Origin: Clostridia bacterium
GTDB lineage: Bacteria; Bacillota; Clostridia; Oscillospirales; CAG-382
Direction of reading: 5' to 3'
Assembly: GCA_017561145.1 (NCBI GenBank)
Contig: JAFZDO010000025.1
Coordinates: forward strand, 17,776-81,775
DNA length: 64,000 bases
Shown: piece by piece, positions 37,450 through 46,873 of the stretch
How the letters are laid out: every line of letters starts with the position of its first letter
How positions within the stretch are numbered: the first letter of the stretch is position 1
Program-made: the position numbers and the translations under genes
The notes under the pieces: model-generated
Databases searched by the model: none
The model's input: only the letters and a program-made list of their open reading frames with translations
Told to the model about the DNA's origin: nothing

Positions 37450-38184
37450 TCAGTTGCCCTTTCTCATATATTCACAGCCGTAATTGATATCGCCTGCCAT
37501 AAGCTTGGGGAAGATATCGTCACGGTTGCCGTGCTGTGCGATCTTGCCGCCCGAGAGTACGCAAATTTCATCTGCAAGAGAAATAATGCGCTCTTGGTGG
37601 GAGATAACGATAATCGTAGCGTCGCTTTCCTTGTGAAGCTCGCGGAAGGTTTCGGTAAGCTTTGCAAACGACCAAAGGTCGATACCTGCTTCGGGCTCGT
37701 CGAATATCATCAAGCCGCTGCCGCGCGCGAGAATTGTTGCGATCTCGATTCTTTTAACCTCACCGCCAGAAAGCGAGGTGTCTACCTCGCGGTCAACGTA
37801 GTCTGCCGCGCAAAGTCCGACCTTGTTAAGATAGTTGCAGCAGTCAAGACGCGAAAGCTTTCTTCCGCCTGCCGCGATCTGCAAAAGTGCCTTTACCGTC
37901 ATACCTGTAAAGCGAGGGGGCTGTTGGAAGCCGTAGCTTATGCCGTTGTGTGCGCGTTCGGTGATCGACATGTTGGTAATATCAAGTCCGTTCCACAAAA
38001 TCTCGCCGCCCGTCGGTTGAACTATACCGGAAATTGCCTTTGCAAGCGTGGTCTTGCCGCCGCCGTTAGGACCTGTAAGCACCAAAAAGGTGCCGTCTTT
38101 TACAGTAAGGTCAATGTTTTTCAGTATATCGATCTTTTCCGCGCCGTCGGTTGCGGAAAAGCAAAGATTTTTTATTTCAAGCAT
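37450..38184 (-). CDS. SufC-like ABC ATPase
   Basis: GPNGGGKTT, ITERA, LSGGEVKRIE, DEPEAGIDL; adjacent to the SufB-like gene. Confidence 0.85.
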   Translation of the reverse strand: MLEIKNLCFSATDGAEKIDILKNIDLTVKDGTFLVLTGPNGGGKTTLAKAISGIVQPTGGEILWNGLDITNMSITERAHNGISYGFQQPPRFTGMTVKALLQIAAGGRKLSRLDCCNYLNKVGLCAADYVDREVDTSLSGGEVKRIEIATILARGSGLMIFDEPEAGIDLWSFAKLTETFRELHKESDATIIVISHQERIISLADEICVLSGGKIAQHGNRDDIFPKLMAGDINYGCEYMRKGN

Positions 38185-38264
38185 TTATATTATCGCTCCT
38201 TTCGTTCTGAGCTATTTTAATATTAACATATAGAATGAAAACAATCAATAGAGTAATAAAAAAA

Positions 38265-38293
38265 TTAACGCGGAAGAAAAAATTCCGCGTTAA
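38265..38293 (-). terminator. Terminator after the lipid kinase gene
   Basis: TTAACGCGGAA...TTCCGCGTTAA followed by a T-run on the - strand. Confidence 0.75.
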
Positions 38294-38311
38294 AAATTTC
38301 ACAATTCGGTT

Positions 38312-39244
38312 TCAGACCTTGGGAAGGATGATCTTTATTGCTCGGTCGATGATCCTTATCGTCGGGTTTTTCATAGGAACTATTTCGCCGTCGAGATTGA
38401 TATCTATCGGCTTGTCGGAAACAAACTGCATCGTTTTGCAACGCTTTGTTGCAACGATATCCTTGAATTCGTCGATATGTCTGCCCTCACGGAATTTGCC
38501 CACCAATGATAAAAGCTTAACGGGCGATACGGTGTCGATACGGATAAATTCCATAAACCCGTCGGAAATATCGGAATATGGCGATGCCTTGAATCCGCCG
38601 CCGTAATATTTTCCGTTTGCCGCAATGGCAAAAAGGTAAGGCCCTGCGCTGTCGCCAAAGCGTTGACCGTCAACCTTCAACACAAAATAGTGCTTGGTTT
38701 TTGTGAAAACGCTTTTTACGAGCGAGATATTATATGCCGTTTTTCCGCTGACCATCGGCCATTTTTTTACCTTTTCCTGACCTTTGCAAACCGCCGCGTC
38801 AAAGCCTGCCGAGATGATATTAAGGCTCGCACGCTCGTTGTTTTCGGCGTCCTTTGCCACAAGAAGGTCGATATCTATCGTTTCGCCGTCGACAAGGGAT
38901 TTAAGGTCAAGAAAGCATTGAACGGGTATGTCAAGACTTTTTACAAAATCGTTGCCCGAGCCGATAGGCACGACCGCAACTGCACACTCCGAGCTTTTCG
39001 AACGGTAAACGCCGTTTATTACCTCCGAAAGAGTACCGTCTCCTCCGCATGCATAAACGCGTACAAATTCGCCCTTGTGCTCTTCAAGATAACGGCAAAC
39101 CTCGTTTTCGGCGGCGCGAACGCCGTCGGTAACGAAAATATCGCAGTTGTCCTTCAGCTTAAGCTTCTGTATTGCCTCTTTAAGCTTTTCGGTGCGGTCC
39201 TTCGTGCCGGCAGCGGGGTTAAGAACAAATAAATGTCTTGTCAT
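38312..39244 (-). CDS. YegS/DAGK-family lipid kinase
   Basis: NPAAG, GGDGTLSEV, PIGSGNDF, NGKYYGGG, NLDGE. Confidence 0.92.
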   Translation of the reverse strand: MTRHLFVLNPAAGTKDRTEKLKEAIQKLKLKDNCDIFVTDGVRAAENEVCRYLEEHKGEFVRVYACGGDGTLSEVINGVYRSKSSECAVAVVPIGSGNDFVKSLDIPVQCFLDLKSLVDGETIDIDLLVAKDAENNERASLNIISAGFDAAVCKGQEKVKKWPMVSGKTAYNISLVKSVFTKTKHYFVLKVDGQRFGDSAGPYLFAIAANGKYYGGGFKASPYSDISDGFMEFIRIDTVSPVKLLSLVGKFREGRHIDEFKDIVATKRCKTMQFVSDKPIDINLDGEIVPMKNPTIRIIDRAIKIILPKV

Positions 39245-40404
39245 AGCGATTCTCCTATAAAAGGATTTCTTCCCACGTCCGCAGGAGAGGGGAGAGGGTC
39301 GGAAAGCGAAACAACGTCCTCGATTCCCTTTGCGAAAAGGAACGAGTCTTTTGTTGCCTCGCCGAATTCAAGCGCACGGACGGGCTTGTTTACGATATCT
39401 ATCTTTTTAAGAGCCTTTGCCTTTCGTAAAACCTCGCGTCCTTTTTCGTTGGTGGCAAGAACGGTCGTATAGGGTGGCTTTGCCGCAACCCTTTCCGCCG
39501 TAATGCCGAAAACAAGCGCGTTTACCGCGCGGCGTACACGGGCGTGAGTATAACATTTGTCGGCAACCGCGGAAATTATTTTTTCGGTTTCGGAATGCTT
39601 TATTGCGGCTTGGAGTATCTTCTTTGCAAGGTCTTGGGGGACGGAATAAAGCTCGTCGGTTGGGATTCCCAAGGAACCGATCCTTCGAAGCGTTGCGACG
39701 AAATATGCATCAAGCTTCTTTTCGTCTCTCGGAAAACGTTTTCCCAATTCACGTCCGAAAACCGAAGCGCTCCTTTCGGGGATGAGCGAGACCATCGTAT
39801 CGCCGTCTTTTCTTGCGCGTATCATCGAAGACGATTCGAATTTGGGATCTCTTTTTACGGTAAAGGGTGTAACGTCCGTTTCTTCAAGAGCCTTAAGATA
39901 TTCAAGCGAGAGTATGTTATTCGGCTTTTTTATTGCTTCCGCGGCATCGGTACCGAGATGCTTTTCAATCACCGACGTTATCGCCTGAGGGAAGGAGAGT
40001 GATTTGTTAAGCCTTACCGCCTCCTGTACCTCGGCGTTGAATTTTTCGTTTTTAGAAAGCTCGTGGATTTTAAAAAGCAATTCGCTTTCGTCCTCGGCGG
40101 AAAATGCAAGATGATCGCTTCCTATCGCCGAAGCAATATAAACGCCTGCCGAAGCAAAATCGCGTGCGGATGAGCAGCAATAGGGAATCGGAAGCTCGAG
40201 CACTAAATCTGCGCCGTTGTTGAGTGCCGCCTCGGCACGAAGATATTTATCGGCAACCGCAACGCTTCCGCGCTGGACGATATCTCCGCTTAGGATGCAA
40301 ACTATACGCTCGAAACGGGTTTTAAGCTCCTGAAGCTGATATTCGTGTCCAAAGTGGAACGGATTGTATTCGCATATTACCGAAACTGTTCCGTTTTGCT
40401 TCAT
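39241..40404 (-). CDS. tmcAL: tRNA(Met) cytidine acetate ligase (HIGH nucleotidyltransferase)
   Basis: EYNPFHFGH, SG..VQRG, GADLVLELP, PNNIL..EY, SSS.IR, YT.ARVRR. Confidence 0.88.
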   Translation of the reverse strand: MKQNGTVSVICEYNPFHFGHEYQLQELKTRFERIVCILSGDIVQRGSVAVADKYLRAEAALNNGADLVLELPIPYCCSSARDFASAGVYIASAIGSDHLAFSAEDESELLFKIHELSKNEKFNAEVQEAVRLNKSLSFPQAITSVIEKHLGTDAAEAIKKPNNILSLEYLKALEETDVTPFTVKRDPKFESSSMIRARKDGDTMVSLIPERSASVFGRELGKRFPRDEKKLDAYFVATLRRIGSLGIPTDELYSVPQDLAKKILQAAIKHSETEKIISAVADKCYTHARVRRAVNALVFGITAERVAAKPPYTTVLATNEKGREVLRKAKALKKIDIVNKPVRALEFGEATKDSFLFAKGIEDVVSLSDPLPSPADVGRNPFIGESL

Positions 40405-40422
40405 TTTCGCGTCAAAACCCCC

Positions 40423-40472
40423 TTGCATTTCATTTACAAAGGTAGTATAATGAAAAAAATAAAAAATGTCAA
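40423..40472. promoter_or_regulatory. Overlapping divergent sigma-A promoters for ackA (+) and tmcAL (-)
   Basis: + TTGCAT(40423)-17-TATAAT(40446); - TTGACA(40472)-17-TATACT(40449). Confidence 0.65.
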
Positions 40473-40486
40473 GTTAAGGAGCAATT

Positions 40487-41677
40487 ATGTATATTCTTGT
40501 TGTAAATGCGGGCAGCTCTTCGCTTAAGTATCAGCTTTTCGATATGGACAAGCAAGAGGTTGCCGCTAAAGGCCTTTGCGAGCGTATCGGTATTGACGGT
40601 AAGCTCACCCACACCTCCACCGGTAAAGAAAAAATTCAAAAGGATATCCCTATGCCCACCCACGCGCAAGCGGTTGCGGCATTGGTTGATTCCCTTACGG
40701 ATAAAGAACACGGCTGTATTTCCGATATGTCGGCTATCTCTGCGGTAGGCCACCGTATCGTCCACGGCGGTCCTTGGCTTATCAAGAGCGTGCTTGTTGA
40801 CGATAACGTTATCGCCGACCTTGAAAAGTGCCGCGATCTTGCACCTCTTCACACCGTGCCCCACCTTTTGGGTATCCGCGGCTGTCTTGAGGTAATGCCC
40901 GAAACTCCTCAGGTTTTGGTTATCGACACCGCATTCCACCAAACCATGCCTCCCGAAGCATATACCTATCCCATCAATTACGAGGTTGCACAAAAGCACA
41001 ATATCCGCCGTTACGGCTTCCACGGTACCTCGCACCGTTACGTTTCGGGCAAGGCTATCGAATATCTCGGAAACCCCAACGCAAAGATCGTTACCTGCCA
41101 CCTCGGCAACGGTTCCTCGATCACCGCTGTTGATGCAGGTAAATGTATCGACACCTCGATGGGCTTTACTCCTCTTGAAGGCGTTATCATGGGCTCGCGT
41201 TGCGGCGCTATCGATCCTGCTGTCGTTCCCTTCGTTATGGAAAAGGAAAACATTCCCGTTAACGAAATGGGCAACTGGATGAATAAAAATTGCGGCTTCT
41301 TGGGCGTATCGGGCGTTTCGAGCGACCTTCGCGAAATTACCGCAGCGATCGATTCGGGCAACAAGCGTGCAGAACTCGCATACAACATCCTTGCTTACCA
41401 GATCAAGAAATATATCGGCTCCTACACTGCCGCAATGAACGGACTTGACTGTGTTGTTTTCACTGCAGGCGTTGGCGAAAACGATGCTCGTCTCCGTGCT
41501 CTTGCACTTGAAAATATGGATTACTACGGAATCAAGATCGATCCCGAAAAGAACAACACTCGCGGCTGTGTGGATATTACTGCGGCTGACTCCAAGGTCA
41601 AGGTGCTTGTAATTCCCACCAACGAAGAGCTTGTTATTGCATCCGATACGATGCAGATCGTTTCCGAAATAAAGTAA
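40487..41677 (+). CDS. ackA: Acetate kinase
   Basis: NAGSSSLKY, GHRIVHGG, DTAFHQT, RRYGFHGTSH, CHLGNGSS, FTAGVGEN, PTNEE. Confidence 0.98.
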   Translation: MYILVVNAGSSSLKYQLFDMDKQEVAAKGLCERIGIDGKLTHTSTGKEKIQKDIPMPTHAQAVAALVDSLTDKEHGCISDMSAISAVGHRIVHGGPWLIKSVLVDDNVIADLEKCRDLAPLHTVPHLLGIRGCLEVMPETPQVLVIDTAFHQTMPPEAYTYPINYEVAQKHNIRRYGFHGTSHRYVSGKAIEYLGNPNAKIVTCHLGNGSSITAVDAGKCIDTSMGFTPLEGVIMGSRCGAIDPAVVPFVMEKENIPVNEMGNWMNKNCGFLGVSGVSSDLREITAAIDSGNKRAELAYNILAYQIKKYIGSYTAAMNGLDCVVFTAGVGENDARLRALALENMDYYGIKIDPEKNNTRGCVDITAADSKVKVLVIPTNEELVIASDTMQIVSEIK

Positions 41678-42360
41678 TGGAAACCGAAAAAGACAAAGTA
41701 AACGATACTTTAGGACACAGAAGCCGTTGTAAAAAACGGCTTCTTTCCGAAGGTGCGAAAAGCTTCAGCGATACGGAGCTGCTTGAAATGCTTTTGTTTT
41801 ATGCAGTGCCGCGTGCCGATACGAAGCCGATTGCCGAAGCGCTTATCGAAAAATTCGGCTCGCTCAACGCCGTTATCCGTGCGGATCTTGATGAATTAAC
41901 GTCCGTTCCGATGTTAAAGGACGGCGCAAGGGTGTTGTTTTCGCTTTTGGACGAGCTGTTTGCACGTACGGGTGTTTGTATCGGTGATAAGGACCTGCTT
42001 GAGGGCGAAAAATTAAAGGAATATCTGCTTGATCTTTACCGTGAAAGGGTGAACGAAACCGTTTATGCCCTTTATTTTGCCGCAGACGGCGAATATATCG
42101 GCAAGCAGGTTATTTTCCGAGGAGGCATAAGCTCCGCAAAGTTTTCGCTTCGCGCCATAACAGAGGGTATCATCCGCATAGGCGGAAAAACCGTAATACT
42201 TGCGCATAACCACCCGAGCGGAAGTCTTGTTCCGTCTTCGGACGATATTATTTCGACCAAGCGTATTGCCGCTCACCTTGCTGCCAACGAGATCGAATTG
42301 CTCGAGCATTATATCGTAGGCAAGGATGACGTTGCGGGAATAATGCATCCCGACATATAA
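41677..42360 (+). CDS. radC: RadC/JAB domain protein
   Basis: GHR.R, ELLEMLLFYAVPR.DT, AHNHPSG...PS..D. Confidence 0.92.
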   Translation: METEKDKVNDTLGHRSRCKKRLLSEGAKSFSDTELLEMLLFYAVPRADTKPIAEALIEKFGSLNAVIRADLDELTSVPMLKDGARVLFSLLDELFARTGVCIGDKDLLEGEKLKEYLLDLYRERVNETVYALYFAADGEYIGKQVIFRGGISSAKFSLRAITEGIIRIGGKTVILAHNHPSGSLVPSSDDIISTKRIAAHLAANEIELLEHYIVGKDDVAGIMHPDI

Positions 42361-42418
42361 AAAAGACGACTCATATACGTTGTGCCGATAAAGTCACGAG
42401 GTATATGAACCGTCTTTT
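42361..42418. terminator. Long interrupted hairpin between convergent genes
   Basis: AAAAGACG..TCATATAC...GTATATGA..CGTCTTTT. Confidence 0.6.
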
Positions 42419-42423
42419 ATTTT

Positions 42424-43989
42424 TTATATGCTCAAAATGAATTCCTCTGCGGAGCGGACTCCGTCGATAGCGGCAGAAATTATACCGCCTGCATATCCTG
42501 CGCCCTCGCCCAAGGGATAAATGCCTTTGATGTTGCTTTGCCTGTCGTCAAAGCGTTTGATGCGTATCGGCGAGCTCGTGCGGCTTTCGACCGCGGTGAT
42601 GATCGCACCGTTTGAATCAAAGCCCTTTATTTTTCTGCCGAAGGCGATCAATGCCTCGCGGAAGGAATCGTTTATCTCCTTTGAAAAGAGCTTTGAAATA
42701 TCGCAATATTTAACGCCGCGCGGATAGGTCGGGACAATATCGGCTTCGGCTTTGCTCTTTCCGAGATATTCACCGACAGTCATACAGGGGGCTGTGAAAT
42801 CGTTTCCTCCCATTTCAAAAGCGGCTCTTTCAAGGCTTTCGCGGTAATCGTAGCCCGCAAAAATGCCGTCACCTAAATCCTCGGGGAGAATTTCGCAAAG
42901 GATAGCGGAGTTTGCGTTTTTTCCGTCACGCGCGTGGTAGCTCATGCCGTTTGTGACAAGACGCTCGTTTTCGCTTGCCGCGGCAACAACGTGTCCGCCG
43001 GGGCACATGCAAAAGCTGTAAACGGTTCTGCCGTTTTTGCAATGCGTGAACAGCTTATATTCCGCGGGGGGCAAAAAGCGAAGATGGTCGCCCTCGCCGT
43101 ATTGCGAAATGTCGATATCCTTTTGCGGATGCTCGATGCGGAAACCCACCGAAAAGGGCTTTCTTTCAAGCTCTGCTCCGTGAGAATAAAGCATTTCGGC
43201 AATGTTTCTTGCCGACTGTCCGGTTGCGAGAAAGAGCGTGTCGGTTTCTATTTCGCCGTTTGAGGTAACTACCGAAACGATTTTGCTTCCGTCTGTGCGT
43301 ATATCGATAAGCGAATCTTCAAAGCGTATTTCACCGCCGAGCGAAATAATTTCCTTGCGGATCGTTTCTACAACGCCGCGCAAAAGATCGGTGCCGATGT
43401 GCGGCTTTGCAATATAAAGCGTTTCCTTCGGTGCGCCTGCCTTGACAAGCTCGTTCAAAACAAACTGACCGCGGAAGCTTTTATCCTTGACGAGCGTGTT
43501 GAGCTTTCCGTCGGAAAACGCACCTGCGCCGCCCTCTCCGTACTGAATATTGGAGCTTTCATTCAATTCGCCGCCGCCGAAAAATGCATCGACGTCCTTT
43601 TTTCGTTCGGATACCGCCTTGCCGCGCTCAAGCACGATAGGGCGCATACCCGACCTCGCAAGACAAAGCGCAACGAAAATACCCGCGGGACCGAAGCCTG
43701 CGATGACCGGGCGCTTTTCGGGAAGCTTATTCGCTGTGGGGAAGGTATATTCCACTTCCTTTTCGACAACCGTGCCGCCGCAACGGGATGCGATTCCTTC
43801 CTCATCACCCGAATGGACGAAAATATCGACGGTGTAAACGAATTTAACACGGTTCCGCCGCGCATCGATTGATTTTTTGCGGATCTCGAAATCAAAGCTG
43901 CCTAAAGGCTTGCCGATGATTTGCGAAATATGTTTTTCAAGAGGAAGAGCGTCCTCGTGCGGAGAACGCTCTAAATTAAGACGTACCAT
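42424..43989 (-). CDS. FAD-dependent oxidoreductase (uncharacterised NAD(P)/FAD family)
   Basis: GFGPAG, GEGGAGAFSDGKL, PHIGTD, FCMCPGG, GEGAGYAGGI.SAA.DG. Confidence 0.88.
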   Translation of the reverse strand: MVRLNLERSPHEDALPLEKHISQIIGKPLGSFDFEIRKKSIDARRNRVKFVYTVDIFVHSGDEEGIASRCGGTVVEKEVEYTFPTANKLPEKRPVIAGFGPAGIFVALCLARSGMRPIVLERGKAVSERKKDVDAFFGGGELNESSNIQYGEGGAGAFSDGKLNTLVKDKSFRGQFVLNELVKAGAPKETLYIAKPHIGTDLLRGVVETIRKEIISLGGEIRFEDSLIDIRTDGSKIVSVVTSNGEIETDTLFLATGQSARNIAEMLYSHGAELERKPFSVGFRIEHPQKDIDISQYGEGDHLRFLPPAEYKLFTHCKNGRTVYSFCMCPGGHVVAAASENERLVTNGMSYHARDGKNANSAILCEILPEDLGDGIFAGYDYRESLERAAFEMGGNDFTAPCMTVGEYLGKSKAEADIVPTYPRGVKYCDISKLFSKEINDSFREALIAFGRKIKGFDSNGAIITAVESRTSSPIRIKRFDDRQSNIKGIYPLGEGAGYAGGIISAAIDGVRSAEEFILSI

Positions 43990-44960
43990 TATTTAAGGCC
44001 GTTCTTTTTAAGCCAAGCAACGTAGTCCTGATAAAGCTTGACAGAATCGGGGTGACCCATATAAGCGGTAGTGCCGGGCTTGTTGAACATACCTTGATAC
44101 TGGTAAATAAGGATCTCGTCAACGTAGGGCGAAATGCTCTTGATCTGACGGTCGATTCTTTCCATATCTGCCGCATAAAGTGCGCTTCTGTAAACGTCGC
44201 CTTCAAATTCAAAAACTTCCATATCTGCCCAAAGAGCCGATCTGCCTGCCTTGTCGTGAGCTTTGCGGAGCGCTTCGTAGAACGCGGGAGTTTCCTCGGG
44301 CTTAGATTTGCGAACGCCGATTTCATCCTGGTATGCGATAATATCGCAATCGATGCTTTCGAGCTGAGCGATATATTTATCGTCAGCGATAAGATGGTTT
44401 GTGCCGTAAGGAGCGATGAGCATCTTGTGCTTGGGATCGATAGTTCTTGCGAATGCGGAATAGGTATTTACGTATTTGATAAAATCGTCCTCGTAATACG
44501 GATAAATGCCGGTTTCATCGGGGAGATACCAGCCGTAGAAGGATTTATAGTGGCCGTACTGAGCATAAAGCTGTTCCATTGCCTTGAATGCGCGTGCGGT
44601 AACCTCGGGGCTGACCATATTGTTGCGGGTCTGATTCCAGCTTCCGTAATAACCGCAAGAAACGAAAACCTTAATATCATTTCTTTCAGCGGCGCGGAGA
44701 AGTGCGCCCATAGGATCTTTTGCACCCATGTCAAAGAAGGGATAAATATCGGTGTTAAAATAAGCGAATCTGTTTCCGTCCTCATAAACCTGCGCGGTGG
44801 TAAGGAGAACGATATATTTCATACCGAGCTCTGCAATTTCGTCAACCTTAGCTTCCCATTGCTCGTCGGTGAACCAACGGCAGATAGGGTTCCAATATTT
44901 TCCTTCGGGGATGTTGTGGTGTTGGAATTCAAACCAAGTACCTCTGATGGGCTTAAGCAT
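43989..44960 (-). CDS. DUF4434-like putative glycoside hydrolase (TIM barrel)
   Basis: PI.GTW, YGHYKSFYGWYLPDE, IIAYQDEIG, LWADMEVF. Confidence 0.7.
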   Translation of the reverse strand: MLKPIRGTWFEFQHHNIPEGKYWNPICRWFTDEQWEAKVDEIAELGMKYIVLLTTAQVYEDGNRFAYFNTDIYPFFDMGAKDPMGALLRAAERNDIKVFVSCGYYGSWNQTRNNMVSPEVTARAFKAMEQLYAQYGHYKSFYGWYLPDETGIYPYYEDDFIKYVNTYSAFARTIDPKHKMLIAPYGTNHLIADDKYIAQLESIDCDIIAYQDEIGVRKSKPEETPAFYEALRKAHDKAGRSALWADMEVFEFEGDVYRSALYAADMERIDRQIKSISPYVDEILIYQYQGMFNKPGTTAYMGHPDSVKLYQDYVAWLKKNGLK

Positions 44961-45105
44961 ATCAAAAAACTTCCTTTCGATAGTTGTTTTTTAAGTTCTG
45001 CTTTTAGAATAACATTAATAATACTGTTTTTCAAGAGTTTTATAAAAAAACGGTTGCGAATAATGCGAAAAACGATTATAATAATAATCGTTCGGAGGTG
45101 TTTTT

Positions 45106-45948
45106 ATGAAAAAACTTCTATACTTTTTCGTTTCGCTTGTAATGATCGCCTCGATCCTTCCTTTTTCCGCTCTTGCCGACGATCTTACCGTCATTGCATT
45201 CGGCGACAGCATAACCGCCGCAGATAAATGGCAAAAGCATATCGAAGCCGAATACGGCATCGATATAATAAACGCAGGCGTAGGCGGCGACACCACCAAT
45301 TCCGCAAAAGCGCGCTTTAAAAAGGACGTTCTGAATAAAAAGCCCGATATTGTTTTTATATCCCTTGGCATTAATGATTGCGCGATAGATATGTCGCGCT
45401 ACGTCGACCTTGAGACCTATAAGGCGAATATGGCTTATTTTATCGACGAATGCGAAAAGGCGGGCGCAAAGGTCATTGTCAATATCCCGACGCCCGTTGT
45501 TGACGAGCAATATCTTACAAGACATAAAAAAGAACCCTTCGAGCCCTACGGCGGGCCGAACGGTATCGTAACGGTTTACGCCGATGCCTGCCGTGAGGTT
45601 GCAATCGAAAAGGGCGTTGTCTTCGCCGACATGAACGCTTATTTCAAATCGCTTGACGGCGGATATGTAAAATATTTTCCCGACGGAGTGCATCCGAGCG
45701 ACACGGGTTATAAAATGTATGCGTCGGTCGCGATGGAAGCATATCAAAGCTTATGGCGCGGCGACGTTAACTTTGACGGCACGATCGATAAGTTCGACTA
45801 TATTCTTGTAAAACGCTCTTGTATGAAGACGGTAACGCTCGGAGAAAAGCAATTGCTCTCTGCCGACGTCAACAAAAACGGAGAGAACGACACCTACGAC
45901 TATATCCTTATCAAGCGCCATTGTATGAAGACCTTCGTAATATTGTAA
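45106..45948 (+). CDS. Secreted SGNH/GDSL hydrolase with C-terminal dockerin
   Basis: Signal peptide, FGDSIT, NAGVGG, GIND, DGVHP; duplicated GDVNFDGTIDKFDYILVKR / ADVNKNGENDTYDYILIKR. Confidence 0.88.
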   Translation: MKKLLYFFVSLVMIASILPFSALADDLTVIAFGDSITAADKWQKHIEAEYGIDIINAGVGGDTTNSAKARFKKDVLNKKPDIVFISLGINDCAIDMSRYVDLETYKANMAYFIDECEKAGAKVIVNIPTPVVDEQYLTRHKKEPFEPYGGPNGIVTVYADACREVAIEKGVVFADMNAYFKSLDGGYVKYFPDGVHPSDTGYKMYASVAMEAYQSLWRGDVNFDGTIDKFDYILVKRSCMKTVTLGEKQLLSADVNKNGENDTYDYILIKRHCMKTFVIL

Positions 45949-45952
45949 AAAA

Positions 45953-45983
45953 CAAGCGGAAAGAGTTTTGCCCTTTCCGCTTG
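45953..45983. terminator. Terminator between convergent genes
   Basis: CAAGCGGAAAG...CTTTCCGCTTG. Confidence 0.7.
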
Positions 45984-45986
45984 ATC

Positions 45987-46580
45987 TTATTTTTTGTGAA
46001 GAATAGGAGAAACACGCTTGTAGATCAAGCCGGTGATGAGCGAACACGATAATCCCTTGACGAGATTGAAGGGAAGCGTCGCAAACAGGATCAGTCCCTT
46101 TAAGTCGGTTATCGAGGAATTTACCTTGTTTCCCATTCCGATGATCATTTCCATCTTGAAGCCCATAAATTTAACGTATGCGGGTATCATCATAAAATAG
46201 TTGACAGCGCTGCCAATGACGGCAAGTGAGAGCGTGCCGACCGCCATTCCGATAATTGCACCCGAAAGCGTTTTTTTGTATTTGTATATGAATGCGGCGG
46301 GCAAAACGAAGGCGAGCCCCATAAGAAGGTTCGACAATTCACCGATAAAGGCGGTATCGGTACCGTTGATAATGAGGTTGAGCAGTATTTTTATCAATTC
46401 GGTCAAAAATGCGGCAAACGGTCCGAGAGCGAATCCCGAAACCAAAACGGCGACCTCGCTGAAGTTAAGCTCATAAAATGCGGGCGCAAAGGGAAGCGGA
46501 AATTCCAAAAGCATAAGCAACGCCGCAACCGCGCTAAGACAAGCGACCTTTGTAAGATAAACCGTATTCTTGTTTTTCAT
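45987..46580 (-). CDS. ribU: ECF transporter S component, riboflavin-specific (RibU-like)
   Basis: LEFPLP, FSEV, GP, IGELSN, PFNLVKG; downstream of an FMN riboswitch. Confidence 0.88.
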   Translation of the reverse strand: MKNKNTVYLTKVACLSAVAALLMLLEFPLPFAPAFYELNFSEVAVLVSGFALGPFAAFLTELIKILLNLIINGTDTAFIGELSNLLMGLAFVLPAAFIYKYKKTLSGAIIGMAVGTLSLAVIGSAVNYFMMIPAYVKFMGFKMEMIIGMGNKVNSSITDLKGLILFATLPFNLVKGLSCSLITGLIYKRVSPILHKK

Positions 46581-46583
46581 AAC

Positions 46584-46616
46584 AAAAACCCCCGAAAAGG
46601 AAATTCCTTCGGGGGT
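46584..46616 (-). terminator. Riboswitch expression-platform hairpin next to the ribU start
   Basis: On the - strand ACCCCCGAAGG...TTCGGGGGT-TTTT ends just before ATG 46580. Confidence 0.7.
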
Positions 46617-46654
46617 AAAACATGTCAAAAAGCGGCAAAATGCCGTTATATTAA

Positions 46655-46766
<112 letters not shown>

Positions 46767-46800
46767 TACATTATATTCAAAATGCAAAATAAGTCAAGAG

Positions 46801-46829
46801 TTGATTTTATTATTTTAATGTGCTATAAT
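46801..46829 (+). promoter_or_regulatory. Sigma-A promoter of trkAH
   Basis: TTGATT-17nt-TATAAT with TG extension. Confidence 0.7.
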
Positions 46830-46873
46830 GCTGATAACTCGTATAGGTTTCCGTTTTTTCGGAGGTTATAATT

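Noticed and set aside
38230-38252. Fur/IscR-like box upstream of the sufC-like gene
   Set aside because: Only a weak imperfect palindrome overlapping the -35; not distinguishable from AT-rich background.
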